Assembly (NCBI GenBank): GCA_038087875.1
Contig: CM075989.1
Coordinates: 9,858,001 to 9,922,000, forward strand
Direction: 5' to 3'
DNA length: 64,000 nucleotides
DNA from: Malacoraja senta
Taxonomy: Eukaryota
Of the stretch, positions 25,500 through 39,580 are shown piece by piece; position 1 is the stretch's first letter, and each line of letters starts with the position of its first letter. The position numbers and the translations under genes were made by a program. The notes under the pieces were generated by a model. It had not been told where the DNA came from, did no database searches, and worked only from the letters and a program-made list of their open reading frames with translations.

Positions 25500-25819
25500 G
25501 CTGCCAGGGGCGTTCTTCTCCCCTCTCTCATCATAGCAAGCAATAAAAAAGCTTTTCACTGTATCTCGGTACACGTGACAATAAACTGAACTAAAACATA
25601 ATCAGTATTCAAGAGAATACAATGTTAGCCAGAGTCGAAGGCTAAGAATATAGGAAGAAATGTAGTCTGCGGAGATCACAGACAGAATGAGGCAAGAAAA
25701 AACATTACAAATTGGCAGATGGATTCCTAATCTAACGCCTTGGGCAGTTGATGAGCAGGGCAGAGATCCCATGAAAATGAGTCAGAAAAGGATTCAAAAG
25801 GAAAATGAGTCAGAAAAGT

Positions 25820-25847
25820 CTGAAGAAGGGTTTCGGCCCGAAACGTT
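25820..25847 (+). ncRNA. Minimal hammerhead ribozyme-like motif in a solo Penelope terminus (about 25817-25912)
   Basis: CUGAAGA-A-GGGU(UUCG)GCCC-GAAAC-GUU. Confidence 0.55.
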
Positions 25848-26924
25848 GCCTATTTCCTTCGCTCCGTAGATGCTGCTGCACCCGCTGAGTTTCTCCAGCA
25901 CTTTTGTCTACATCAGAAAAGGACTGCTGTCTTTATATGGCATTTTATACATGAAAGTTATGTAAGATGGAATTTGAGCTGAAAGAGGCATTGGAAGAAT
26001 AGAATCTGGATCACAATTCCATTGGGGGGGTGAATGAAGTAAAACAGAAGCGGACAATGACAGAGAATTGGAAGTAAGTAGTATTGGTGTGGATAAAGTA
26101 TAAAACATGCTCAACTACAGGCTAAACAAATCTGTGTTATTCAACATCCAGTTGATCTTAGAGAGGACAATGAAGTGAGCATTTGCAGAGGCAGGGTCAT
26201 TAGTAAATTCAATAATCAAATGCATATTCATTCAAAAGTCTTGTTATGAATAAAAACAAATATTCTAATTATCAAATAGCTACATCAATCTGAACAAACT
26301 CATTCCACGAGATTACTGGGTAAAGCCCCACTCTTCCATTATTAGGAAAATAAGCTTAAAGAAAATCAATTATAGTAATTACCCCCAAGCACAAATTTGA
26401 TAATGTCACAGGTCATGTGGATGACTATTGCAGGGTAATTATCAGTAGATTAGTCGGCAACAGAAAGCCTAAAATGGTTTTCAAAATATGATACATTTTC
26501 ACTGATATAGGAATTGGTATCAAGAAGGTCAGAGACTCTCAAACAACATTTAAAGAATGAATGGGCAACAGGCTACCTCTGGCAAACTTGGGTTGCGTTA
26601 ATAGTTGAGGTAAAGAATGCATCCCAACTTGAGTAACAGAGCAGGCTGGAGAGACTCTAAGCCTCTTCCAGCTACTATTTTTTCTATTCTTAAGGGTGCA
26701 TTTTGAAAAGATGAAAGTTTAAAAAATGAAGAGAAAAATAAGGATAAGAATGGACTGCTGTCATTGTAGAGCCAATTGTAGGACAAAGGTGATAGGCTGA
26801 ATGGCCTCTTTCTATGCTATATTTTCTCTCAAGACACAGACATCCGTCTATCATGGAATTTCCTTTGGTTACCTCCCTAGGACCATGGAGAACAGCAACA
26901 CAAGCATCATTATCACAAAATACG

Positions 26925-27240
26925 GTACAGAAGTGTGCAAACGCACACCTCCAGATTCAGGGACAGTTTCTTCCAGGTATTATCAGGCAAATGAATCATC
27001 CTACCACAATTAGAGAGCAGTCCTGAACTACTATCTACCTCATTGGTGACCCTCAGACTATCTTTGATCGGACTTTACTGGCTTTACCTTGCACTAAACA
27101 TTATTCCCTTATGTATTTGTACACCGTAAATGGGTCGATTGTATTCATGCATTGTCTTTCCACTGACTGGTTAGATCACCATAAAGGTTTTTCACTGTAC
27201 CTCGGTACACGTGGCAATAAACTAAAATGAACTAAACAAG
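26925..27240 (+). mobile_element. Rex1/Babar-type LINE 3' end
   Basis: RYRSVQTHTSRFRDSFFQ-like coding end plus 3' UTR ending CTGTACCTCGGTACACGTGGCAATAAACTAAA; homologous to 47170-47635. Confidence 0.7.
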
Positions 27241-29669
27241 GAAAGCAAGAAGCTCAACAGTCAAAGTATCACCAAGATCCCACCTCCCATTCAACCCTGA
27301 CCTCCCTATCCCCAAATGAGATGATCCTCAAAATATGTAGTACACCATGTTGCCATTCAACTGAGTGGCATGAGGCCTATTCACATAAAACTAATCACCA
27401 ATTTTCCAGTAATAGCAAAAATACATCGGAATTGGCCCTGGTTCAAATGTTTATGACACCATTCACTTGGGTATAGACTATGCTGAGTTTAAGGGCAAGC
27501 TATGATGTTAGGTATTTGAAGGAGATAAAACTTTGAATTGATGAGTCTTGGGACAGTTTTGGGCGTGATACTTCTTCAGACTGAAGGACCTGAAACATCC
27601 AGATGCTGCCTGATGTGCTGAGTTCCCCCCTCAAACTTAAGCTGGGTGTTGGTAAAATGGATGTTGAGTTGTCCAGGTGGGAGGTTCTTACTCTAGTCAG
27701 AGATTTCTCATTGCGATGAACAGTTGTCAATACTGAACATCGAAGACTCATCTATCCAAGGTTTTATCACCATTAAATAACTAACATCATAACTCACATT
27801 TGAATAACAACCGTTGAGTTTTAACATTAACATTACTACAGCAAAAAACGTTTTAAAAAAAGATTTGGAAAGTCATTTTACAAAAGCCATAGGAAAAATT
27901 TGATGGCTCACAAACTGAAATAAAACTCCCCATCAAATCCTTCCACCATCCACCTCTACATCTGCTGCTGCCTCCAGGACAACAAGCTTTCATAACTCTA
28001 CACCCTCTCAGTTCCAACTTCTTGTGCATTCCTGTCTTTAAACAGGGCACCATCAAAGGTGATGCCTTCAAATATCAGTGTTCCAAGATCTAGAATAAAA
28101 CGTTAGAAATCAAACATTTTGAGTAGCAGAAAAGAGGGAGGGATGTGCGGTGCAGCAAATTAGGAAATGTCTGTAGTAGAATGGAGACCAAGAGAAACGG
28201 TATTGGTGCTGGATGAGGACAGATGGGAAAAAAAACCACATGAATCTTAGGATATGAAACACTACAGCTGCTGGATATCAGGAATAAAAGGAAATGCTGG
28301 AAACGTTCAGCAGGTCAGGTAATGTCTATGCAGAGATGCTGCTGAGAGATCATCAACATTTCAGGTAGTAGTTTCCACAGTTTTGATCCCTTGGGAAAAA
28401 ATGAGTTGGACAGGGAAGTGGTCAGATAAGACATGCTCTCGAAAACCCAGTTAGCTGAAATTGTTAGATTCAGTATTGAGTCCTGAGATCATGTGCTTAG
28501 TTAGAAGGTAAATCTTGGTTTTGAACTTACAATGAGTGTTTTGGGGGCAGTACAAGATACTAGAAGTAGAGAGATCAGAGTTGGAGTAGGATGGACAATT
28601 CAGGTGCCAGGCAACTGGAAAGTCCAGGACCTTGCAGAGTAAACACAGGTGTTCTGCAAAGCAGTCTAATTGTCACCCAAACTGTATTTGGTTTCTCCAA
28701 TGTTGACAAGACCATATCTTGAGCACTGAGTGAAGTACACTAGATTAAATGTGTCTCTCTGCAGACATTACCTGATTACCAGAGAATTTCCAGCATTTAA
28801 TCTTTTATTTCAGATTCCCAACATCTGCAGCCTTTAGCTTTCCTAAGTAGTGGGATTCCCTCTCTATATCTCTCTGCTTCTTTACCTCACATTTCCCTTC
28901 AAGGCAATCCTTAAAATCACTCGATAGCCAAACTATTAGTCATCTGTCTCTGATTTCTATGTCTTATTGTCAAATACGATAACAATTTTGTGAATCACTG
29001 TGCATGTTTGGCTATATTAAAGACACTGTACAAATGCGCATTTGTACAGGGTGTTGTTTTAATAACTGATTGGAAAAAAAATAGCAGACCCAGGCTCAGA
29101 TTGCTTCAACTAATTTATTTTTGAAACCTTGAATCGTCAGTCAGCTGAAACAGGACTGATTACATCATTTCCTGCTCCAACTCATTCTTACCCAGGGGAT
29201 TAAAACTGTGGAATTCTTTTTCTCTGTTGGTTGGCTCTTCCTCCTTGAAGTAGCATATTTTTATAACTAACCTAACTATTTCAAATTTGGTGATGTCCCT
29301 ATACTAAAGATGTTGACCTTTCACTGCGATTTATCTTAAAATGCTTTTCCTATATCTAGACTACCAGGGATTCCAAAGAGTTAGAACTGTGGAGTACGGC
29401 AGATAATCTTTGTGGTTATCCCAAGAAAACATTTCAAAATTGTAACCTCAGAGTATATAAAATTAAATCTGGAAACTGCTGTATTTTGGGGGAGGTTTCA
29501 GTATTTGTGCCTGTGCAGGAATTAACAATATAAAGTCAAAGGGTAAATGGGGTTTATGCTCCCATTATCTTGAACAAATTTGAACATGTTCAATTAAGCT
29601 ATAGTTTGGGTTATGGCTTTCACATTGAACCTCGCATAAACTAAGCCCAATCCACAATTACACATCGAT

Positions 29670-29875
29670 GATAGACACAAAATGCTGGAGTAACTCAGCA
29701 GGTCAGGCAGCATCTCTGGAGAAAAAGGATGAGTGACATTTTGGGTCGGGACCTTTCTTCAGACTGAAAACAGAGGGGAGGGAACTGGAGGTAAGAAAAG
29801 CCCAGAACAAATATTGAGTTACTCCAGCACTTTATGTCTATCTTCGGTATAAACCAGCATCTGCAGTTCCTTTCT
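29670..29875. mobile_element. Penelope-terminus-derived short element with inverted ends
   Basis: Left arm GATAGACACAAAATGCTGGAGTAACTCA and right arm TGAGTTACTCCAGCACTTTATGTCTATC are inverted. Degenerate hammerhead motif on the minus strand at about 29732-29765. Confidence 0.7.
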
Positions 29876-31763
29876 CTGCAATTACAAATCATTGGCTGAT
29901 CAAAATGTTATGCCATTTTACGTTCCTACCTGTATTTTGTTCATAATTCATGCACGGCCCACTCAATCTGCTATATGTGTGGTCATTGCCAGCAGTAATT
30001 TTGCTGACGTACTTGGTCTTTCCTACCTCAGAGCAGTCACAAAATTTAGGTGAGACTTAAGTCCTTCTGTGCTAGAATATTTGACACCTAGGTTGTTTAA
30101 GTCCTAACCAGCACACTGTTTGTCCACCACCTCGCTGAAATGGATTAGCACTGACTGCAAATCTCTGATCGACTAGGATATGAGAAATTGTTTTGGGAGA
30201 ATCCTGAGGCAGTACATTCACATTAAACAAAAGAGAAGAAATTTGGTGTGCATTAACTTTTGATCTGGTAAATCAATCAGTGTAATCTTAAAGCTACATG
30301 GTAGTCAAAGGAGAGAGGTATTTTGAGGTTGGGCGCAATGCTGGATTGTTTTATTCAGGACCACCTGCAATGTTTTCATGGGAAATGAAGAAGAGTCCAT
30401 GTCTCCAGTGCAGGGCATCACTGAAACTGAACACATCAAAAGCAGAGAGCATGGATTTTTCCTCATCTTTTACAGTATGTCACTGATCGGTTGTGATTTC
30501 ACTGATTGACATTCAGGCTCAAGGGCTATGACAGTTCCTGTGCTGTATATCCTCATGTCTCCTAAATGCAAACATATGCAATTAAAGAATAAAACATTTA
30601 TGATTTCATGAGGGATATTAATTAGGGTAAACCTTCTAATGTGTTCTTATGATGTTAGAGCATCAGCTTCACAGACAAGGCAAGTAAGAATGTGAGGTTT
30701 TAAATGATAGCAAAGATAACCTGAGGAGCTCTACATTTCTTATTGTCTCCGCAGTAACAGGATAGGGTGAGCATTAGTTCAATTAGCTCCAACTTCAGCA
30801 ATATGAAAGCATGGGTAAATAACAGTGGACAGAGCGAGGGGGAGTCAAGAGAGGAGAAATAATCAGAATACTTCAAATAAAGCAGATGAAAAACAAGCAC
30901 AAATTAGTTGGAGATTTAATGCACAGTTTGCTTTATTTTGGAGGTTATTTCAGCTCGCCTGAAGGCAATAAATGTTAAGTTTAGTATAACATTTATGAAA
31001 AATGGGGGGAAGGATTTTATTTTAAAGATTTGTGTAGGTGTGAAAAAATCTAATTTTCTAGACCAATGCTGCAAAGACTGTCTTGTTGCAAGACCCATGG
31101 AGACTGCCACCTACTGGCAAATCAGCTGACCACATAAGAACAGAAACTTCACCACTGAATTAAACAAACACAATCCAGAACTACTTTTGCATGAATGCAT
31201 TTCGGCTATCTTGTCTCAGAATCGTTAAGACATTACTTCAGTAAAGACTATGTGAAACCACTTATGTTTTCAATTACAAATTATAGTTACAGCATAATGA
31301 TATTTAATTATGTTATTAAGCTCTATGAATCCTCTCTGTTGTTACTTACCGCTGTACTGTATCCAATGAAGATATCCAAGAGCAGGTTACACATATGACA
31401 ACGTATTAATGCATTCAAAGATCAAATACTAATTCCAAATTCTTCGTGAACTATATGTCAAAGATATCTCTTTCTGGGTCATGACTTTCCTTACGTTGTG
31501 GGAAACACTCAGTTACCTTCACACCCAAGAAAAATAAATCTTAAAAATACTTCAGTCGTCTGTTCTACAGCTGAGCGCATTCAGCTAAGATTATTTATTG
31601 AAGGGTTGTTTTCATGAATGGATGGGGGGGGATCCAAGCTGATTAAGGCACAATTATTACCAGTATTCCTGCTTCCTTATTCTGTGCAGAATCTGTACAT
31701 TTAGACACTAGTCCCACCTAGGAACAACCATCTGCACATTTTAGCAAGTCCCTCGGTTATTGG

Positions 31764-32721
31764 TTATTTCACTTGGACCATCTCTGACACTACCCTCCCC
31801 TTTCTTGATCTCCCCATCTCCATCACGGGAGAAAGACTTCCGACTGGTGTCTATTAAAAACCCACTGACTCCCACAACTATCTCGACTACACTTCTTCTC
31901 ACCCTGCTCCCTGCAAAGACTTTATTCCCTACTCCCAATTCCTCAGTCTATGCCGCATCTGCGCCCAAGATGAGGTGTTTCATTCCAGGACATCCGAGAT
32001 GTCCTCACTCCTTAGGGGACGGGGGTTCCCCTCTTCCATCATAGACGAGGCCCTCACACGTGTCTCCTCGCTACCCCACAGCTCCGCCCTTGCTCCCCCT
32101 CCCCTTAGTTGCACCAGGGACAAAGTCCCCCGAGCCCTTACCTTTCACTCCATCAGCCGTCACACATTTTTGTCACCTCCAACGGGATATCTCCACCCTT
32201 TTCCGCCTTCCATAGAGAGATGCAACCGCAGGAGATGCAACACCTGTCCCCTCTATACCTCCTCCCTCGACTCTGTCCAGGGACCCCGATAGTCCTTTCA
32301 GGTTAGGCAGAGGTTCATTTGTGCCTCCTCCAACCTCATCTACTGTATCCGTTGTTTAAGATGTGGACTCTTATACATCGGCGAGACCAAACATAGACTG
32401 GGCGATTGTTTCGCTAAACACCTTCACTCAGTCCGCCTGGACCTACCTGATCTCCCGGTTGCCAAACATTTTAATTCCCCTTCCCATTCCTACACTGACC
32501 AAGCAAACAGCTAACAATGGCCTGTTTCCTTTATCATCATTACTTTTTGGCATATCTTTCATTCATTTGTTCTACTGTATATCTCTCTACATCACTGTCT
32601 ATATCTCTCGTTTCCCTTTCCCCTGACTAGTTTTAAGAAGGTCTCAACCCAAAATATCACCCATTCCTTCTCTCCACAGATGCTGCCTGTCCTGCTGAGT
32701 TACTCCAGCATTTTGTGTCTA
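31764..32721 (+). mobile_element. Penelope-like retroelement, 5'-truncated and internally deleted (RT C-terminus plus GIY-YIG)
   Basis: 14-bp TSD CCCTCGGTTATTGG (31750-31763, 32722-32735). Frames RTSEMSSLLRGRGFPSSIIDEAL, CNRRRCNTCP and SNLIYCIRC..YIGET. Confidence 0.88.
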
Positions 32722-34882
32722 CCCTCGGTTATTGGAAGTAGAATTACCCATTGCGTGGTTTAAAATATTCCATGCAAACCGTATGAATTTTTAATTATTT
32801 TTAAGCTTCTGAATATTTGGTCATCGTGTAAGTTCGATGTAACAGTTTAAATTGTGTTTCCTTATGTTATGTGAAGAAACCAAATTGAAGAACCAAGTCT
32901 CAGAGAGTAGGACAATTTTCAACGATTACATAAATTGGAGAGAGATGGGAAATATCAACTGGTAATGATCTGGAGATGTCAAACGTGACAAAGATACTGG
33001 TTGTGAGGGGAAGGTCACCTATCCATGTTTTCCAAGGAACTGTCCGACCTGTTGTTACTTCAGCACTTTCTGTCTTTTGTTTCAACTAAAGTCCCTTTTT
33101 CTCCTTCCTTTCAGACATCTAAGATCACAGACCAACAGATCTTCAATTCTCGCACTGCTCTGGTTTTTTGCCAGTTTATTCTGTTGCAATATTTCCTCTC
33201 AGCCTTACTACTTGACTCATGTTCACCAAAGTCTTCTGCTCTTCCCCTCTCCGAATCTGAAGATTGCCCTCAGCTTGTGAGATTGAAGAAGTATGTACAG
33301 AATTCCCTCGTAAATTTATTGGTGCCTGGTTTGATGTTGAATTGTTTGGTTAAGCTTTTATTTCCAATGTTAGCTTTCAACATGTTTAAGGTATCTGTTA
33401 AACACCCAGCTGGTGGCCCATTAAGTAAAACTATCTTGGGAATTGCTGATGTTAAACCAAACAAACCAGCAAGGTTGGAGACTGAATCATGTCCCGCTCC
33501 TTTGGGATAATTCTCAACATTGCTACCAGGTTGATGGCCGCTACAGTTGATTGATCGCTTTTTATAGAGGTCGGGCAATTAATGATTCCATTTACTGGAG
33601 TTGGATGGTTAGATTACACTCCAGTTATTGAAATTTAAATTCCTCCCCCCTTATCAACCCAACTCACTTTCCCTGCACCTTGACTTAATATTGGACCCTT
33701 TATCACGGTGAAACATCCCAGTGGGCTTCTACAGGATGATTAACCCGATAGCAAATTACATAAGACATCAGAAGAAATGTTCAAAAATTTTAAGCTAAAA
33801 TTTTGAGGAACATCTTAAAAAGAGAGCGAGGTAGAGGGGTTTAGAGAGGAATTTCCAGAGACTATGGTTAAAGCAATGGCTACCAGCATGAAGTGAGTTA
33901 GAGAGTGCAGGCAGCCACATCTGATGAAGTTAGTCATGACAACATAATTGCTATCTTGGCAATCTGCATTTCACTCAGCATTGGAATCAGCACTTGGCTC
34001 ATGCTTATATATTTTTGGATCTTCATCATTGGGGATGCTTGTAATAAGTTTCAGAATGGAAAGCTTTGGATGTGAAATTGAAGTCCAACAAATTAAGTCT
34101 TGTTCATTAATGGTCTGCTGTGCTGCTGCAAGTAAGAATTTCATTGTTCCGTTTTGGGACATATGCCAATCAAACACTCTTGATTTGACTCTTGGAGTGT
34201 ATTACATTCAATATATACCCAAGACCATTTAAACAATAAGACCATCCCTTCAGATATTTTAAAATAAATGGTAATAAGGACACTGAAGAGAGTGGTATGA
34301 TTCATACATTTGTGTCTCAGATTGGAGTGGAGCTGCTGTATGGAATGCAATAGCTCAACACCAACAGATGACAAGTCTGCTCTCAGCAAGAACCAGCATC
34401 AAACCTTGGAAAAACTTTGTAATTATTCTCACTTATCCATTACTTTATATTTAATTAGAACAAGTTTTTTTGAGGGGAGCGGATGGAGGAAAATAAGTTT
34501 TATTGCATTCAGTTAAATTGTTCTTCTGGATCAAGAGACACCATAATAATTATATGCCTATTACAATGAATCTTTCAATGAGTATTGAGCTACTTTATCG
34601 AAGTCAAATATAAATTTAGGTAGAGGTACAATTTAATTAATTAAAATAATACTTAGGACATGATATGAGTGTGCATCCCCACATGGCAAAAGCTAACCTT
34701 TTCATTTTGTAATTAGTCCACTGACCTGAGAAGATGGATTAGCTCATTTAGCGAATTTTATAGCTGATATGCTCGCAAAGCTTCATGTTATTTTTTTTGT
34801 AATTTTTTTTAAATTGTCACCAAGGGAACCAGATCTTTATTAGTCAGTCTGATATATGAACCTCAATTTGTGTCCACCTCAC

Positions 34883-35169
34883 CTGCTGCTCCATTGTGTG
34901 TGGATGTATGAAGGTCACCAGGTCAATCGAGAAGAAACCTATAACTCCTCGGCATTTGCAGGCCTCAGCGATCTTTACGCACATCGAGTGCAGGTTGCTC
35001 GGATCCACAGAGCACTGTGGTACGGTGGTGCCCCAGCATTCCAGGGGACTTGTGGAATGGATCTGGTCCCCGCAAGATACCATTGATATTTCCCCTGTTG
35101 GCTCTATCAGCATGTCCACGGTGAGGTTAGTAACACTGTCTGACGGTGGATATGCCTCCACCACGCCAC
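34883..35169 (-). CDS. IQCH: IQCH internal coding exon ([26 protein letters not shown]...[16 protein letters not shown])
   Basis: Overlaps ORF 34844..35164. ctaAG|GTGGC acceptor and CAG|GTgagg donor; 287 bp, phase 1 to 0. Matches recalled [29 protein letters not shown]...[18 protein letters not shown]. Confidence 0.95.
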
Positions 35170-35484
35170 CTTAGATAAGGATAGAACAATAATTGTTCAA
35201 ACCACTTCTATGGTCTATACTGTTCCTAATTGTCAACTCAAAGGTAACAAACTAATGAAATATGCAAGGTTACTAATGCATTAATTAAAATATATATGAT
35301 TTTACAAATATACACTAGATCCTACAAAACATCCCAGTTTGTAATCAGAAATTATTTAAGACATTACTCTTTTATAAAGCCAACTACTACAAATATTAGC
35401 ATACAGTATGTTAAACATCCACTTTGAAATTGTTTGGTGGTATAATATTACCATTCTGCTTAATCACTTAAAAGAGACCAGAAA

Positions 35485-36139
35485 CTTTTCCCTGGTCAAT
35501 TCGCCCTTCCCACCCAAACCACCCCCTCCCCTGGTACTTTCCCTTGCAACCGCAGGAAATGCTACACTTGTCGCTTTACCTCCCTCCTCGACTCCATCCA
35601 AGGACCCAAGCAGTCTTTCCAGGTGAGGCAGAGGTTCACCTGCACCTCCTCCAACCTCATCTATTGCATCCGCTGTTCCAGGTGTCAACTGCTCTACATC
35701 GGTGAATCCAAGCGCAGGCTTGGTGATCGCTTCGCCCAACATCTCCGCTCAGTTCACAATAACCAACCTGATCTCCCGGTGGCTCAGCACTTCAACTCCC
35801 CCTCCCATTCCGAATCCGACCTTTCTGTCCTGGGCCTCCCCCATGGCCAGAGTGAGGCCCACCACAAATTGGAGGAGCAACACCTCATATTTAAGCTTGG
35901 GTAGTTTACACCCCAGCGGTATGAACATTGACTTCTCCAATTTCAGGTAGTCCTTGCTTTCTCCTTCCTTCCCCTCCCCTTCCCAGCTCTCCCACAGCCT
36001 ACTGTCTCTGCCTCTTCCTTTCTTTTTCCCGCTCCCCCTCCCACATCAGTCTGAAGAAGGGTCTCAACCCGAAACGTCGCCTATTCCTTTGCTCCAGAGA
36101 TGCTGCCTCACCCGCTGAGTTTCTCCAGCATTTTTGTCT
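35485..36139 (+). mobile_element. Penelope-like retroelement 3' fragment with GIY-YIG endonuclease
   Basis: ORF 35623..35904 SNLIYCIRCSRCQLLYIGESKRRLGDRFAQH...EEQHLIFKLG. Putative 8-bp TSD ACCAGAAA (35477-35484, 36140-36147). Confidence 0.9.
36051..36078 (+). ncRNA. Minimal hammerhead ribozyme-like motif
   Basis: CUGAAGA-A-GGGU(CUCA)ACCC-GAAAC-GUC at the 3' terminus of the Penelope copy. Confidence 0.55.
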
Positions 36140-38806
36140 ACCAGAAATGTAATATAGATCAGGTAACTGTAACGGTTACTAGATTTCTTCAAATGAAGTA
36201 CATCAGATCCAATCATTTCAGAATACTACTCCAACATTTAGCTGAACGGCTGCTATTTAATCCAATGCCCTGTCAACTACCTATCAACCAAGAATTTAAA
36301 AAAACAGGTAATTATCATTATCAAAACTAATAATTATGAGAGATTTTCCTATTTTAGTTTACTAATCCAACTTGTACCTTCTTTTCTACTGCAAGCACAA
36401 ATTCTTGTTGGTGTTGGCATTAATGGATCACGCAGATGACCATTCCTAGAATGCAAACATTTCCATAGCCACGTCTCACCCAGTTACCAGGTATTATGTG
36501 CACATTTTCTAGCACAGGTTCCATGATTGTGATCAGGGTTGACATTTCTGGGTGAATTTCTTTCACTTTGCTTTGGCACCGATTTTAATGGACACCCCTG
36601 CTGGTATGAGCTGTCGCAGGGTAGACCTAACAAACCTACAACCTCCAGAAAGGCTTCATACCAGAGCAAGCACACAAAGCTCACCCCCATCTATGCTGTA
36701 TGCTATTCCTGATCCAAGTGATAGAACTCATTTTACTCAAATCACAAGAGCAGAATTTTGCTTGATTACTAAGAGAATCTGAATGATATTGTGTACTTAA
36801 CTTTATATAACACTGGAGAAAACATTTAAATATTGCTGTTATTAATACAACGTATTTTCTTAAATTTTAAGCTGCCATTTTATTGCCATTTTAATAATTG
36901 TTAACAGGCTCTCAGGAGCATTATTCCGAATAGAAATTGCATGACATTAGAATTGAGTTGCTAACCGAGATCAAATTCTGATGAAATTCAATATCCATCA
37001 TAGAAAAGATGCAACAAATCTGCACTGGAGAATAGATTACCAGTTTTTAATGTGGTTTTCATCTCTGCGTGTTATCATTTACAAATAAAATGAAAAGCAG
37101 CCAAGCAAACACACCCACAATTCACGTTCCGGTATACTTGCTCCAAGCTGAATTAAAGAGTTTCTAAACATGAAAAATATTGCAGCAGCGAGAACACAAC
37201 GCAACAGACAGAAAACATTTCTAATAATGATGAGCAAACACTTTAGATTTGAATTTTTATGGTCTCTCTTCAGATCTCTTCCTCCAATTTTTCAAAATTG
37301 GACAAGGCGCCGTTTTATGCTAAAATGGAGTTGTCAAGTTACTTTCCATCATTTAAACAGAGAATAATGGATACCTGGCAATGAGATAAAGGCTGTAATC
37401 GAATCAAGGGACTCCAGATGGTCCACGTATGGAATAGTGGATACCTGGGAGCGATTACGAGGTTGTAATGTAATTGAGGGGTTCAAATGGTTTATTTATG
37501 TGGCCTTTTCCTTGGCGGTGTTCCATCAGAAGCACCTGTGTGCTACTCCTGCCACTAATGTTACTCTGTAGTGCAAGCAGAACAAATCCTGCTGCTCAGG
37601 TGCTTTTGGCCCAAACGTTTACAAGATAGTTCATCTTTACAGGATCTTAATCTTTAAAACTAGCAGCACATTTAAGAACAAAGCAGTGTTTGCAGATTGT
37701 TATATCTGTTCATGCAGACGTTTACAGCTTGCCTGAACATTTTAGATTTCATGAATATTTTGGCCATTCCTTTTAGGCCTTTCCTCTGTTGTTGGGCTTG
37801 AAGGGCTGTGTCAGTAAAAACATCTGACTCCTTGTTTCCTTTCAAAAGGAGAAGTAAATCAAAAAAAAAATTGCAGCTGCTGCAAATCTGAAACAACATC
37901 AGAAAATGCTGGAAACACTCAGCAGGTCAGGCAATATTGTGGACAGAGAAACAAGGGTAACATTTCATTCAAACTGTTCCTTGACCCAAAACATTAACTC
38001 TTTCTCTTTCCAGCAATTGCTGCCCAACACAGTGTTTTCCGCACTTTTTGCTTTTATTCTTTACACCAGGAATTGATTCGACACAAATGATTTCAAATGC
38101 AATCTGAGCTGATCAAATCATCCAAATACAAAATACACATTATTACCCTGGAACTTTCATTGTTTCTTTCTGATTAGATGCTGCCTGATTTCCATCATTT
38201 ACCATTTTCATTCCAGATGGACTATACATGACCCATTCTCTACTTGGGCAGCAAGGATGTAGGGAGTACATCCATCTGAGCAATGAACATTGTAGGCATA
38301 AAGATGCTGGATGATTTGATTATTTTTAGGAATCAAGCAGCATTTTTACAATACTTTTCCCCAGGAGGTTAAAGGTTAGTATTAGCTGCAATGCAAACAT
38401 TGTGTTCATATGTTATAATGATAGGTAATAATTTCTAGACTTCAATGCAATAACTACAATGTACAAGTAAAGAAGATTGTAGTCAGTCAATATTAACAGT
38501 GGGCAAAATGCAATTTTTCTTTTTATATGCTTTACTATGTTTTATAACTCTGTAGTGAGTTTAATTCAAGGATTTGATTGCTCGATAAATCAATCTTATA
38601 AAAATATTAGGAAAAATAAATACAGTGACCTTTCCTTCCTATATCTTACAAATGCTGCAAGAGAGACAAATCAAGTTGAAATGCAACAGCTCCTTTAAGA
38701 TTTAACAGAATTATCCCACTTATAGCTGAACCTAGCAGACCAGACAACAAAAGGTTTGGTCCACGGCCTGTTCCAAGCTTGCTCTCAGACTAGACAGATG
38801 TAGAAA

Positions 38807-39580
38807 GTTTAATAAAGAACTGCAGATGCTGGAAAAATCGAAGGTAGACAAAAATGCTGGAGAAACTCGGCGGGTGAGGCAGCATCTATGGAGCGAAGGA
38901 ATAGGTGACGTTTCGGGTCGAGACCCTTCTTCAGACTGATGTGGAGGTGTGGGGGGGGGGGCGGGAAGAAGAAAGGAAGAGGCAGAGACGGTGGGCTGTG
39001 GGAGAGCTGGGAAGGGGAGGGGAAGGAGGGAGAAAGCAAGGACTACCTGAAATTGGAGGTCAATGTTCATACCGCTGGGGTGTAAACTGCCCAAGCGAAA
39101 TATGAGGTGCTGCTCCTCCAATTTGCGCTGGGCCTCACTCTGGCCACGGAGGAGGCCCAGGACAGAAAGGTCGGATTCGGAATGGGAGGGGAGTTGAAAT
39201 GCTGGGCCACCGGAAGATCAGGTTGGTTAGTGCGAACCGAGTGGAGGTGTTGGGCGAAGCGATCGCCAAGCCTACGCTTGGTCTCACCGATGTAGAGCAG
39301 CTGACACCTAGAGCAGTGGATGCAATAGATGAGGTTGGAGGAGGTGCAGGTGAACCTCTGCCTCACCTGGAAAGACTGCTTGGGTCCTTGGATGGAGTCA
39401 AGGGGGGAGGTTAAGCGACAAGTGTAGCATTTACCGTGGTTGCAGGGGAAAGTACCAGGGGAGAGGATGGTTTGGGTGGGAAGGGACAAATTGACCAGGG
39501 AGTTACGGAGGGAGCAGTCTCTGCGAAAAGCCGAAAGGGGAGGAGATGGGAAGATGTGGCCAGTGGTGGGATAATGTGGC
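38807..39580 (-). mobile_element. Penelope-like retroelement 3' fragment with GIY-YIG endonuclease
   Basis: ORF 39067..39708 GTFPCNHGKCYTC...SNLIYCIHCSRCQLLYIGETKRRLGDRFAQH. 12-bp TSD CAGATGTAGAAA (38795-38806, 39581-39592). Confidence 0.92.
38907..38934 (-). ncRNA. Minimal hammerhead ribozyme-like motif, intact core
   Basis: CUGAAGA-A-GGGU(CUCG)ACCC-GAAAC-GUC; palindromic ACGU stem III. Confidence 0.6.

Noticed and set aside
33025-33578. 161-aa plus-strand ORF and overlapping 102-aa minus-strand ORF
   Set aside because: No recognisable domain, no match to IQCH, and no convincing splice context. Probably chance or an unrecognisably old repeat.
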